DNA of 64,000 bases from Chlamydiia bacterium (lineage in GTDB: Bacteria > Chlamydiota > Chlamydiia > Chlamydiales > Rhabdochlamydiaceae), in NCBI GenBank assembly GCA_963804085.1, contig CAWDOQ010000010.1:96001-160000 (forward strand), read 5' to 3'. The translations under genes were made by a program, and so were the position numbers. The notes under the pieces were generated by a model. The model did not search any database and was not told the DNA's origin. It saw only the letters and a list, made by a program, of their open reading frames with translations. Shown in pieces: positions 28,099 through 36,752 of the stretch (position 1 is its first letter; each line of letters starts with the position of its first letter).

Positions 28099-28791
28099 AT
28101 GTCCAAAAAGCCAGTAAGCAGACTAGAAATACTCTTTCCATCCCGAAAGCGAATATGGGTAACGGGTTTTCCTGAATGTATTCTTAAAGATGATCTATGG
28201 AAACTGTTTCGACCATTTGGTGATATTGATTCAATATCGATCGTACGCAACTGCATGAAGCAGCCAATAGCATTCATTGATATGAAAAATTCTTCGGATG
28301 CTCAGAGAGCAATTCGGGATTTGGACAAGCAGTTTTTCTTAGGTAGGAATATTACCGTACGCGAATCGCAACAAAAATTTTATGAGGAAAGGTTTATTTA
28401 CGCGTTGTTAAGTTTTGATAAACGTGAGTGTTATATTGGGGAGACATGCGATACAATAAAGCGTTTCCGCCAGCATTTAAACGGGAAAGGAGACAAATCG
28501 ACGTCTTCGTGGATTTTAACTTTAAAGGATAGCAAACCAAAGCCAATAATCCTGGAGATCGTACAGCCAGGCTATGATGCTCATTTTCAAGCAAATTTTC
28601 TAGAGACAGTGTGGCGCCTAGTGGCCAGTATATGTTGTTGGGAGGTGATCAATTTTCCTTTCCTTTCGGATATCAGAGAAGAACTTAAAGCAGCAGTCAC
28701 ACCTAGAATTAGTAAATGGTTGCAAATTCTCGACAAGGTATCCGAAATCTCGCTGCTTGAAGAACAATGCACCGCGAGGCGCCCTAACTAA
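28099..28791 (+). CDS. RNA-recognition motif (RRM) plus GIY-YIG nuclease fusion
   Basis: RNP2 IWVTGF, LF.PFG.I, RNP1 IAFIDM, DAQRAI..LD...GR.ITV; then FIYAL...CYIGET..IKRFRQH and a downstream Glu. Confidence 0.75.
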   Translation: MSKKPVSRLEILFPSRKRIWVTGFPECILKDDLWKLFRPFGDIDSISIVRNCMKQPIAFIDMKNSSDAQRAIRDLDKQFFLGRNITVRESQQKFYEERFIYALLSFDKRECYIGETCDTIKRFRQHLNGKGDKSTSSWILTLKDSKPKPIILEIVQPGYDAHFQANFLETVWRLVASICCWEVINFPFLSDIREELKAAVTPRISKWLQILDKVSEISLLEEQCTARRPN

Positions 28792-28802
28792 CTCAGCATT
28801 TG

Positions 28803-29576
28803 CTACGCAACGAGAATATCGCGAGCTTTCTCTCTTTCCGTCCAGAGAATGGGTGTCGATTCATAATTCCGAAGAGCATCTATTGTGGAACTTGAGATAG
28901 TTGTGCTTGTATCATTTAACAAAGCGAATAGCTTCGAGTCCGCAGGACGCGTTTCGCGCGTATCTAACCACTCGAACATCAATAACTCAACGGACTTTTT
29001 ATCTGGTGCATTTAAAACTTGGAGAAGCCTCTCTGGAGAATTGCGTGACTTTGGAATCACAAAATTGAACATATGATCGAACCCACTTTTCCCAGAGAAT
29101 TTGACCATCGGAACATAACGAATGTTCGCTGAATCCAGCCAACTGCCCACATCCTCGATAAAAAGACTTTTAACATTAGGCGTGGCGAGATAGAAAAGAT
29201 CGTTGATGGCCAACATTGCTTGGATCAAGCTGTGCTTTTTCAGCGCAAAATCATGCAAAGATGCATGCACAATGAGTTGATCATCTTCCAGAAGGACTCC
29301 AAACCCACTAATGCAGGTTTTGAGCATACTTTGACGCCTCGGAGTCTTCAGTTCACACCCCGAACTAATCAAATCATTGAGAATATAACCATCATCGGTA
29401 AGCAAAAAACCATCACCCTGTTTCTTTACATATATTTGAAGACAATCATTGTGACGATCAAGATGCGGGGTGGTAATTTGGACCCATTGATTATCAATCT
29501 CTTTGAGAACAGTTTTGTCTTTCAGCCAAACGAAGTAGTTCTGCATAAGGGCGTCGATGTCCCTCTTAATGCTCAT
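28803..29576 (-). CDS. DUF1828/DUF1829-type protein
   Basis: ITTPHLDRHNDCLQIYV, LTDDG, LIQAMLAINDLF, GKSG.DH.FNFVIP. Confidence 0.8.
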   Translation of the reverse strand: MSIKRDIDALMQNYFVWLKDKTVLKEIDNQWVQITTPHLDRHNDCLQIYVKKQGDGFLLTDDGYILNDLISSGCELKTPRRQSMLKTCISGFGVLLEDDQLIVHASLHDFALKKHSLIQAMLAINDLFYLATPNVKSLFIEDVGSWLDSANIRYVPMVKFSGKSGFDHMFNFVIPKSRNSPERLLQVLNAPDKKSVELLMFEWLDTRETRPADSKLFALLNDTSTTISSSTIDALRNYESTPILWTEREKARDILVA

Positions 29577-30006
29577 GTAATCCCTCGATATAAGGTTCTT
29601 CTACGATATTGCAGTATTCAAAAAATTCTTCAAGGGTTTTCCGAATATTCGTCAGGTCAGAAAATTCTTTGGGCAGCTCATAAGCCCACTTATCTCCGTA
29701 ACCCTCTCGATATAGATGGATATGCGGACACAAAATCTCAACTCCATCGGGATTTCGATGAGGGGAACCCCCAAGATCAAGGCGCACCAGTACTGTGTTT
29801 TTTCTTGCTCTTTTTTGAAATGTGTTCTTTCTCATTTCAATGCGACTACGCGAAATATCTAACCCAAAATGTTCATGGGACTCCTTGGACCTAAGCAAAA
29901 CCCGCAAACTGCCTCCCGAAATAGGAAACTGATGCCGCAGATCATCACAACGGTATTTTGCCATCTTTAGCAAAGCGTCAGCTTCACCTTGAGCCATTTC
30001 AGACAT
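29566..30006 (-). CDS. DUF6978-type protein, co-oriented with and overlapping the DUF1828/1829 gene
   Basis: Q.EADALL, LVRLD..G.PHRNPDG...PHIHLYREGYGDKWA, FFEYCNI. Confidence 0.75.
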   Translation of the reverse strand: MSEMAQGEADALLKMAKYRCDDLRHQFPISGGSLRVLLRSKESHEHFGLDISRSRIEMRKNTFQKRARKNTVLVRLDLGGSPHRNPDGVEILCPHIHLYREGYGDKWAYELPKEFSDLTNIRKTLEEFFEYCNIVEEPYIEGLHEH

Positions 30007-30160
30007 GCGAAAGCTATGCCAATTCAATTCTTAAGAAAAGAGAATTCTAAGCTATAGAATGATTGAAAACAAGATGCTCTTATTTCTCACTGTTGACTTG
30101 GAGCTTCGAAAACTAGTCCCTTTCCGCCCGCCATTTTCATCGAACAGGTTAGGAAGATAC

Positions 30161-30204
30161 GACTTGATGGACTCAAACCATCGATCCCCTTATTAAAAGT
30201 GAGG
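30161..30204 (-). repeat. Degenerate copy of the tRNA-Lys 3' portion (att-like site)
   Basis: 41 of 44 nt identical to 33367..33410, same orientation. Confidence 0.9.
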
Positions 30205-30418
30205 GCATTTCTCAACTCAACCAGCTTTATTCAACCCCTATGGGCATCACTATAAAGAATTTGAGTGTGGAATGCTACTGATTTTTCTGGGATAAAGAGG
30301 GTAAAAAATGCGGCACGGTGCACCGTTTATGCACCGTCTTTAAAACATGGTTACTTCTATTGAAGCAGCTAGTTTGAATCACTAAAAACTTAATTGGACA
30401 AATAGTCGTCTTCGCCTT

Positions 30419-32098
30419 TCACCTCTCGGATCTAGCTCCATGCTGAATTAACCAATCCAGCACATAACGAGGACATCTACCGAAATCTTTGGCCCAATCA
30501 AGAATTGTGCCACAATGAGGAGGACGGTTGCCATAATGGATTTTGGCATTGATATCAGCTCCTCGAGATAACAAAAACTCTAAGATCTCAAAGTTCTCAT
30601 CAAGCCTACGTTGATTCTCTACAGCTCCCATAAAAACTGTTGGAGCGCCATCGACTCCATCATGCCATTTACTCCAGGCGTTAACATCCATTTTTTGCTC
30701 ATCGATTAACCATTTCAGTAAATTCAAGTCACGACGAGCAGCACAATGTAATGCATTGCATCCCTGTGGAGTAAATTCATTCAAAGAAGCCCCTCTTTTT
30801 ACAAGTTCTTTTAACACGTCAATGTTGGCGGCGTGATAAGCTCGATGCAAAGGTTTCCAACCCTCATCATCAACTGCATGTAAATCAGCTCCCCTGTCAA
30901 GAAGTTCTAAAGCAATTTTTTTGTCATATATGCCCACATGTAATGGGGTTCTACCATATAAATCTTTCGCATGAACGTCAGCTCCTCCTTTTAGAAGAAT
31001 AGAAAGCGCTTCGCTGTCTTGAGATTGTACCGCATAATGCAATGGTGTTTGTCTTTGAGCTAACTTAATATCAACATCTGCGCCGGAATCGATTAGGAAT
31101 TGAAGAATTTTTGGGTGACAAAATGCTGCGGTGAGAGCACATTCCTTTGGCCTACTCCTAGATTCGCTTTGAGTTATTTCATTTATATTTACTCCGCTCG
31201 CAACCAACAATTTTACCGCATTTAGATCACCGCATTTAACTGCACAAAGAAGCGGGGGAATATTTTCTGGATTGTCGCCATACTTGATAAGGATATCGAT
31301 TAACTCTTGATTCTCGGTTTTTTGAGCATCACTTAGCATTTGAGAAAATGCGATTTTCTTATTCTCTTTTTTATGTGAGACTGTATCGACAGAAAAAGAA
31401 GTATTTAACGAACCGTTTGCTATAGCAGGTGTTCGAGCAACTTTTTCTATCTCCCACTTCAATTGCAATATCTTGACTTGTCCAGTTAATTGGTTGCCGC
31501 GAACCATCGCCATAAGCACATGTCCCGCCCCTTCCATCCATTTTCCGTTTTGGAATTGGTTTATCGAGTGATAAAGTCCAAGGAGAATTTGAATTACAAG
31601 TGAAGCGATTGCAAGTTCTAAACCACCATCCAGAAAAAGAACAAGGTAAAGAGCATTGTTGACAAGGCTCAGACAATGCTCTAGTGACTTTTGATATTCC
31701 CCGACATATAAATTCTGGACGAGGTGTGTAAGTTCGACAATAAGATCATGACCGGTTGTGATTAGCATTCCAAGTGGGTGGGCAAAAATTGTTCCAGCTA
31801 GAGCGATGATAGAGATGATGGTTTGAAGTAGCTCATACCCAATCTCCCCTGAACCACCCTTTTGAATTGCAGAAGTAAGGCAAAAGATCGAATGCACTGT
31901 CCGTACACCGCCCATAGCAAGTGAAAGCGGGAAACTAAGAGGTTTATAAAGACTAACAAAAGGTAGAGCGACCGTTCCAACTCTTTTGCATCCATCAAAC
32001 CACGAATGATCGTTTGAAGGTTCCCCTATATCATGTACATACTCACGGTGGTAGTAGGCAGGTTCGGAAACATTGAATAGATTTGTTTGAACTGACAT
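30419..32098 (-). CDS. Ankyrin repeat protein with N-terminal hydrophobic domain
   Basis: PPLLCAV, TPLHYAV, GRTPLH, KPLHRA, NALHCAA, GADIN repeats; several TM-like segments in the first ~200 aa. Confidence 0.85.
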   Translation of the reverse strand: MSVQTNLFNVSEPAYYHREYVHDIGEPSNDHSWFDGCKRVGTVALPFVSLYKPLSFPLSLAMGGVRTVHSIFCLTSAIQKGGSGEIGYELLQTIISIIALAGTIFAHPLGMLITTGHDLIVELTHLVQNLYVGEYQKSLEHCLSLVNNALYLVLFLDGGLELAIASLVIQILLGLYHSINQFQNGKWMEGAGHVLMAMVRGNQLTGQVKILQLKWEIEKVARTPAIANGSLNTSFSVDTVSHKKENKKIAFSQMLSDAQKTENQELIDILIKYGDNPENIPPLLCAVKCGDLNAVKLLVASGVNINEITQSESRSRPKECALTAAFCHPKILQFLIDSGADVDIKLAQRQTPLHYAVQSQDSEALSILLKGGADVHAKDLYGRTPLHVGIYDKKIALELLDRGADLHAVDDEGWKPLHRAYHAANIDVLKELVKRGASLNEFTPQGCNALHCAARRDLNLLKWLIDEQKMDVNAWSKWHDGVDGAPTVFMGAVENQRRLDENFEILEFLLSRGADINAKIHYGNRPPHCGTILDWAKDFGRCPRYVLDWLIQHGARSER

Positions 32099-32204
32099 AT
32101 AATCTCCTGTTAATTTCGGAAATTATACTTAGATCAAGATAATTTGTCATAAAAACAATTAGTTTGTATTACACGCAACTCCCTTTTGCTATTCTAGAAA
32201 TTAT

Positions 32205-33021
32205 TTAAGAAAAATAGGCATTTAAGTCAAATGCTCTTCCGCTTACAGAGTCTAAGTGCGCTAAAAGATAAGCAATGTATACCTTGAGAAGCCTTACCTG
32301 TCCTTCTTCGTTTTTCTCTGAAAATTCTTTAAATTCAATTTTGTCTTTAGAAGAACGTGTCGAAAAAACCCACAAGGAATCATCCTCAGTATTTTTTGGA
32401 GCTCTTAAATATCCTTGAAAACTGAAAACAGTATCTACAAACCAAGGAAGTTTGGTGCAATTATTAGGCTCTTCGTGGAGCAGCCCGATGATTCCGATTA
32501 GCGGATTTGAAAATTTTCCACCATCAATAGTTATATTATTTTTGGATTCTAACCGCATGCCGCCCGGCAAATATTTACCAGTGTTATCCTTAAGTACTGG
32601 AACTTCATAAAAAATTTTCTCCAAATGATCTGCAGCAGCTGTTAATGAAGCTGTTCGTAAAGTTCTCTTAACTTCGAAAATAGCCACCACTGCTTCAACA
32701 GGTACGATTTCTAAATTGTCAAGATAATCAAAGCGTTTTAAAGAATGCGAAACCAACTTGTCAGTGATAATAATATCTATTTGCGGCGATAGTTTTTTGT
32801 TTTTTGAAGAATAAATATATCCATGAGTGATTTGGAATCTCTCCCCAACAACTTCTCTTAAAAATTTACGAATTGCTAACTCAACTAATCCACCACAATC
32901 ATCTGGATTCTTCATCGATTGTTTTGCAAAACCAGATCGCTGAAAAAATTTGAGACTCATCCAGAAAAAGCTTATAGACAGAATCGATAATGGAGGATGT
33001 TTGTTTAACGTCTATGGTCAT
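32205..33021 (-). pseudogene. DUF6602-type (PD-(D/E)XK-like) protein, probably frameshifted near its N-terminus
   Basis: G..VE..IR.FL, SPQIDIII.D, PVEAV.A.FEVK.TL. An upstream frame MTIDVKQ...ESQIF from ATG 33021 joins the main frame if one T is removed from the T6 run near 32945. Confidence 0.6.
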
Positions 33022-33363
33022 AGAAACCTGAATTTTTTGTAAATATGGTAAGGCTTATTCCCAGTCGGACTTCCTATTCCGACGTTTCGACCTGTTCAGG
33101 CGCAAGCTTGCAGAGCAATAGCTACTGCCCTCGCTCAATCCTATATCGGGCTTGGAAAAATCTAACGGACCTCGAAGAACATTTAAAGCTTATCGGGTAA
33201 CAAGTCCGGTTAGGTCGCAAGCTCCCGGTTCGCTACTCGCTCACCTGCTCCGCACTGCGAAGGCCCACTTGGCCTTCTTCGTGTATCCGCAGCCCTCACT
33301 TCGAGTCGCATACGCATGCCCACTGGGCATGCTCAAGTCATAATTTTTTTCTGCGAAAAAATT

Positions 33364-33436
33364 TGAGACTTGATGGACTCGAACCATCGACCCCCTCATT
33401 AAAAGTGAGGTGCTCTACCAACTGAGCTAAAGTCTC
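33364..33436 (-). tRNA. tRNA-Lys(TTT)
   Basis: GAGACTTTAGCTCAGTTGGTAGAGCACCTCA-CTTTTAA-TGAGG...GGTTCGAGTCC..AAGTCTCA. Confidence 0.95.
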
Positions 33437-33444
33437 AAAAACAT

Positions 33445-33519
33445 TGACCCCAAGGGGATTCGAACCCCTGTTATCAGAATGAAAATCTGGTGTCCTAGGC
33501 CAGCCTAGACGATGGGGCC
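33445..33519 (-). tRNA. tRNA-Glu(TTC)
   Basis: GGCCCCATCGTCTAG...CCAGA-TTTTCAT-TCTGA...GGTTCGAATCCCCTTGGGGTCA. Confidence 0.95.
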
Positions 33520-33573
33520 AAAAGTGGCTATAATCTACCCTATCTACACGCTTTCTTGCAAGCCAAAGTAGAG

Positions 33574-34125
33574 CTAGACGGTCAAGATCTCCTTTTCTTT
33601 GGAGGTAAAAAGGGTATCGATCTCTTTGCAATACTGGTCAGTTAGCTCTTGGATGATCTTTTCTGACTTTTTCATAATATCTTCGGTGATCTCGCCATCG
33701 GCTTTCTGCTTTTTGACCTGTTCGTTGCCCTTACGGCGGATCTCGCGGATCACAATTTTACCGTCTTCGGCCTTCTTCTTGGCTTGCTTGACTATCTCTT
33801 TGCGCATGCTCTCATCCATGGGGGGGACGTTGATGCGGATCGCCTGGCCTTCCACAACCGGCTGGAGGTTTAAATTAGCGCGCTCGATGCCTTTGGCGAT
33901 CGCGGCAGTAGTTTGAGGATCAAAGGGAGAGACGAGGAGCTGGCGCGACTCGGGGGTTGTAATGTTAGCAAGTTCCTTGATGCGCATATGCGAACCATAT
34001 ACCTCTACCGTTACCCCTTCTAGCATGCCGGGATTGGCGCGATTGCTTCTCAGGTTCTTAAGTTCTTGTTTGAAATGGTCAACAGTTGCCACCATTTTTG
34101 CTTTGGTCTGATCGGTCACGCTCAT
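33574..34125 (-). CDS. frr: Ribosome recycling factor
   Basis: LRSNRANP..L, VEVYG, PPMDESMRKE; synteny with pyrH. Confidence 0.96.
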   Translation of the reverse strand: MSVTDQTKAKMVATVDHFKQELKNLRSNRANPGMLEGVTVEVYGSHMRIKELANITTPESRQLLVSPFDPQTTAAIAKGIERANLNLQPVVEGQAIRINVPPMDESMRKEIVKQAKKKAEDGKIVIREIRRKGNEQVKKQKADGEITEDIMKKSEKIIQELTDQYCKEIDTLFTSKEKEILTV

Positions 34126-34148
34126 GGTTTTATCCTCCTTGCACCAAA

Positions 34149-34865
34149 TTAGGTTACTAGGGTTCCACCCTTTTTTTCACACACGGCCTTTAGCATCGCC
34201 CCTTTCTCAAAAAGATTAAAGACATGAATGGGGATCTTATTCTCACGACAGAGTGCGATTGCTGTCGCATCCATCACTTTGAGATTTTTTGTCAGCACAT
34301 CCTCATAACTCAGGCTTGTGAATTTAACTGCTTTGGGATTTTTATGGGGATCATCGCTGTAGATGCCATCGACCTTTGTCGCTTTCAAAAGCACCTCGGC
34401 ATCGATCTCGCTGGCACGAAGAGCAGCAGCAGTATCTGTAGTGAAGTAGGGGTTGCCGGTGCCGCCGACAAAGATCACGACGATCTTCTCTTTGAGGCAG
34501 TGCATCGCATGGGCCCAGTTGTACTTCTCTACGATAGAATCGGTGATTAGTGCGCTCATAACCCGGCTCTCTACACCCTCTCTTGCGAGCGATTGTTGCA
34601 GCACAAGTCCGTTGATTGTAGTCGCAAGCATCCCAATGTGATCTGCAGGGGTGCGGGCAAAGCCGAACATGTCGGCTTGCGAGCCGCGAAAGATGTTGCC
34701 GCCTCCCACCACAATGCCCATCTGGACACCTTTTGCGCTCACCTCTTTTACAGCGCGCGCAATCTCCTCACAGGCGTTATGTTCTAACCCAAACTTCTGG
34801 CCGCCCATGAGAGCTTCTCCAGAAAGTTTGAGCAAGATGCGCTTGTAAGCCGGCTTCTGGCTCAT
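34149..34865 (-). CDS. pyrH: UMP kinase
   Basis: LLKLSGEAL, GGGNIFRG, GTGNPYFTTDTAA. Confidence 0.97.
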   Translation of the reverse strand: MSQKPAYKRILLKLSGEALMGGQKFGLEHNACEEIARAVKEVSAKGVQMGIVVGGGNIFRGSQADMFGFARTPADHIGMLATTINGLVLQQSLAREGVESRVMSALITDSIVEKYNWAHAMHCLKEKIVVIFVGGTGNPYFTTDTAAALRASEIDAEVLLKATKVDGIYSDDPHKNPKAVKFTSLSYEDVLTKNLKVMDATAIALCRENKIPIHVFNLFEKGAMLKAVCEKKGGTLVT

Positions 34866-35713
34866 TCTCCGACTCTCCAGCGGACAAATCTGCGGAGACC
34901 AATCTTTTTATTTAGTCTCTTAGATTCGTTTTCTAAAAGCTGGGTAATGGTAATGCTGCTGTCTTTGACAAACTTTTGCGAGAGCAGGCAGACCTGATCA
35001 TAGAAGGCTTTGAGTTTACCCTCGACGATCTTGCCGACGATATTCTCTGGCTTGCCCTTTACCTGCTCTCTTGCGATCTCCTCTTCACGTGCTTTGACGT
35101 TTTGAGGCACATCTTCCGCCTTCAGGTAATCGGGAGACTCTGCAGCGACATGTAGCGCAATATCGCGCGCAAGTGTCTCATGTCCCGCCCCACCTGTAAG
35201 CTCCACCAGTGTGACAATCTTGCCACCCATATGCGAGTAGACAGCAAACGAAGCATCCGCTGTCTTGTGTATGATGAGCAGGCGTTTAATTTTGATGTTC
35301 TCGCCCAGTCTCTGCATGACAAGCGCGCGGTACTGGTCGATGGTAACCGAAGGGTCTTTGCGGCTTTTTTCTGCTAGGAATGCTTCAAGTGTTGCAGGCT
35401 TGGTCTCGGCTGCTTGCTTGCAGATGTCGTGCAAAAACTCTTTAAATTGCTCGTTTTGCGCAACAAAGTCGGTCTCAGCGTTGAGCTCGATAAGTGCAAT
35501 TGCAGAGGAGCTCTCTCCTGAGGCGATCGCCCCCTCTTTTGTTTCCCTCGACTCTTTTTTGACAGCAGAAGCCATGCCCGCCTTGCGCAAAATATCGATG
35601 GCGCGCTCCATGTCGCCGCCGGCTGCATCAAGTGCTTCTTTGCACTTGCCCATGCCGACGCCTGTTCGTTCGCGCAGCTCTTTAATCATGTCTGATGTGA
35701 CTGCTTTGCTCAT
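34862..35713 (-). CDS. tsf: Elongation factor Ts
   Basis: IKELRERTGVGM..CK.AL, ELNAETDFVA, GENI. Confidence 0.97.
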   Translation of the reverse strand: MSKAVTSDMIKELRERTGVGMGKCKEALDAAGGDMERAIDILRKAGMASAVKKESRETKEGAIASGESSSAIALIELNAETDFVAQNEQFKEFLHDICKQAAETKPATLEAFLAEKSRKDPSVTIDQYRALVMQRLGENIKIKRLLIIHKTADASFAVYSHMGGKIVTLVELTGGAGHETLARDIALHVAAESPDYLKAEDVPQNVKAREEEIAREQVKGKPENIVGKIVEGKLKAFYDQVCLLSQKFVKDSSITITQLLENESKRLNKKIGLRRFVRWRVGE

Positions 35714-36528
35714 GGTGACTCCTCTTTGCTGTCCTCTTCGAGGATCTTGTCAGATAGAGAGTCTCCGGAGCGGCCCAGCTCTTCTCTACCTTTGTCATCA
35801 CCTTTCTCGGCTTTTGCAACATTGAGCTGCATCTCATTTTTCTGATTTACAATTGCGCGAGTGAGCTCTTGCAAAATGAGTTTGATGCTTTTGAGTGCAT
35901 CGTCGTTACAAGCGATGACATAGTCGATCGGATCGGGATCGCAATTGGTATCGACAAGTCCCATTACAGGGATGCCCAGCTTTTTAGCTTCCGCTACGGC
36001 GATATGCTCGTGGCTAGGATCGACGACCACAACAAGACCGGGAGGCTTTCTCATCGCTCTTATTCCGGACAAGTTGCGTTCCAGCTTGATCTGTTGCTTG
36101 CTGAGCTCTGAGAGCTCTTTTTTGGTAAACCCTTCGCCGCCGGCTGCGATGCGCTTTTCGATGCGCTCCATCGTTTTAACCGATTGACGAATTGTGGTGA
36201 GGTTGGTGAGCATGCCCCCGAGCCAGCGCTCGCAGACATAAAACTCGCCACACTCTTCGGCGCACTCGCGCACGACGATCTTCGCCTGCTTTTTTGTGCC
36301 CACAAAGAGAATGGATTTGCGTTTTGCTGTGACCTCTTGAATGACTTGAACCGCCTTGCGGATCTGATGCATAGTCTTTGCGAGATCGATGATATAGATG
36401 CCATTGCGCTCCTCAAAGATGAAACGTTTCATCTTTGGGTTCCAACGGTGCTTCTGGTGCCCAAAATGGGCGCCACTTTCGAGCAGTTCCTTAATGGTGA
36501 CTGCTAGGTCTTGCTGTTTTGTTGCCAA
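35710..36528 (-). CDS. rpsB: 30S ribosomal protein S2
   Basis: LLESGAHFGH..RWNPKM, RWLGGMLTN, DTNCDPD. Start (TTG 36528) uncertain. Confidence 0.96.
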   Translation of the reverse strand: MATKQQDLAVTIKELLESGAHFGHQKHRWNPKMKRFIFEERNGIYIIDLAKTMHQIRKAVQVIQEVTAKRKSILFVGTKKQAKIVVRECAEECGEFYVCERWLGGMLTNLTTIRQSVKTMERIEKRIAAGGEGFTKKELSELSKQQIKLERNLSGIRAMRKPPGLVVVVDPSHEHIAVAEAKKLGIPVMGLVDTNCDPDPIDYVIACNDDALKSIKLILQELTRAIVNQKNEMQLNVAKAEKGDDKGREELGRSGDSLSDKILEEDSKEESP

Positions 36529-36624
36529 GCCTTGTCCCTTTATTTTGACGACGGCATCCCCTCTCAAGGAGGAAGATTTCGGTCTTGGTTAATGTTCTAG
36601 TTTCACTTTTCACTACTTAATTTA

Positions 36625-36695
36625 AGCGCCTGGTCAGAATCGAACTGACACGAGTAGCTTGGAAGGCTACGGTTCTACCATTGAACTACAGGCGC
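36625..36695 (-). tRNA. tRNA-Gly(TCC)
   Basis: GCGCCTGTAGTTCAATGGTAGAACCGTAGC-CTTCCAA-GCTAC...GTTCGATTC...CAGGCGCT. Confidence 0.93.
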
Positions 36696-36752
36696 AAAAA
36701 CTGCTCCAATTTTTACTAAGAAGCGCCTTTTTATTCAATGGCAAATCGACTT

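Larger units (their letters stand above)
30161..33410. mobile_element. Integrase-less genomic islet integrated at tRNA-Lys
   Basis: Bounded by the 44-bp direct repeat, visibly AT-richer, carries ankyrin and DUF6602-type genes. Confidence 0.7.

Noticed and set aside
27995-28099. 34-aa ORF (MLWKLEGR...) whose stop overlaps the RRM-GIY-YIG start
   Set aside because: Too short with no recognisable motif; could be a remnant or leader, but I cannot support it from sequence alone.
29220-29894. 224-aa plus-strand ORF
   Set aside because: Antisense shadow of two recognisable genes, with no motifs.
30161-30204. Additional functional tRNA-Lys
   Set aside because: Lacks the 5' half and D-arm, and the T-loop is mutated; treated as an att relic.
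24000-33400. Prophage
   Set aside because: No integrase, terminase, capsid, tail or replication genes recognised.
33152-33631. ORFs 33152..33343 and 33338..33631
   Set aside because: They overlap the structured trailer and the tRNA genes; likely spurious.
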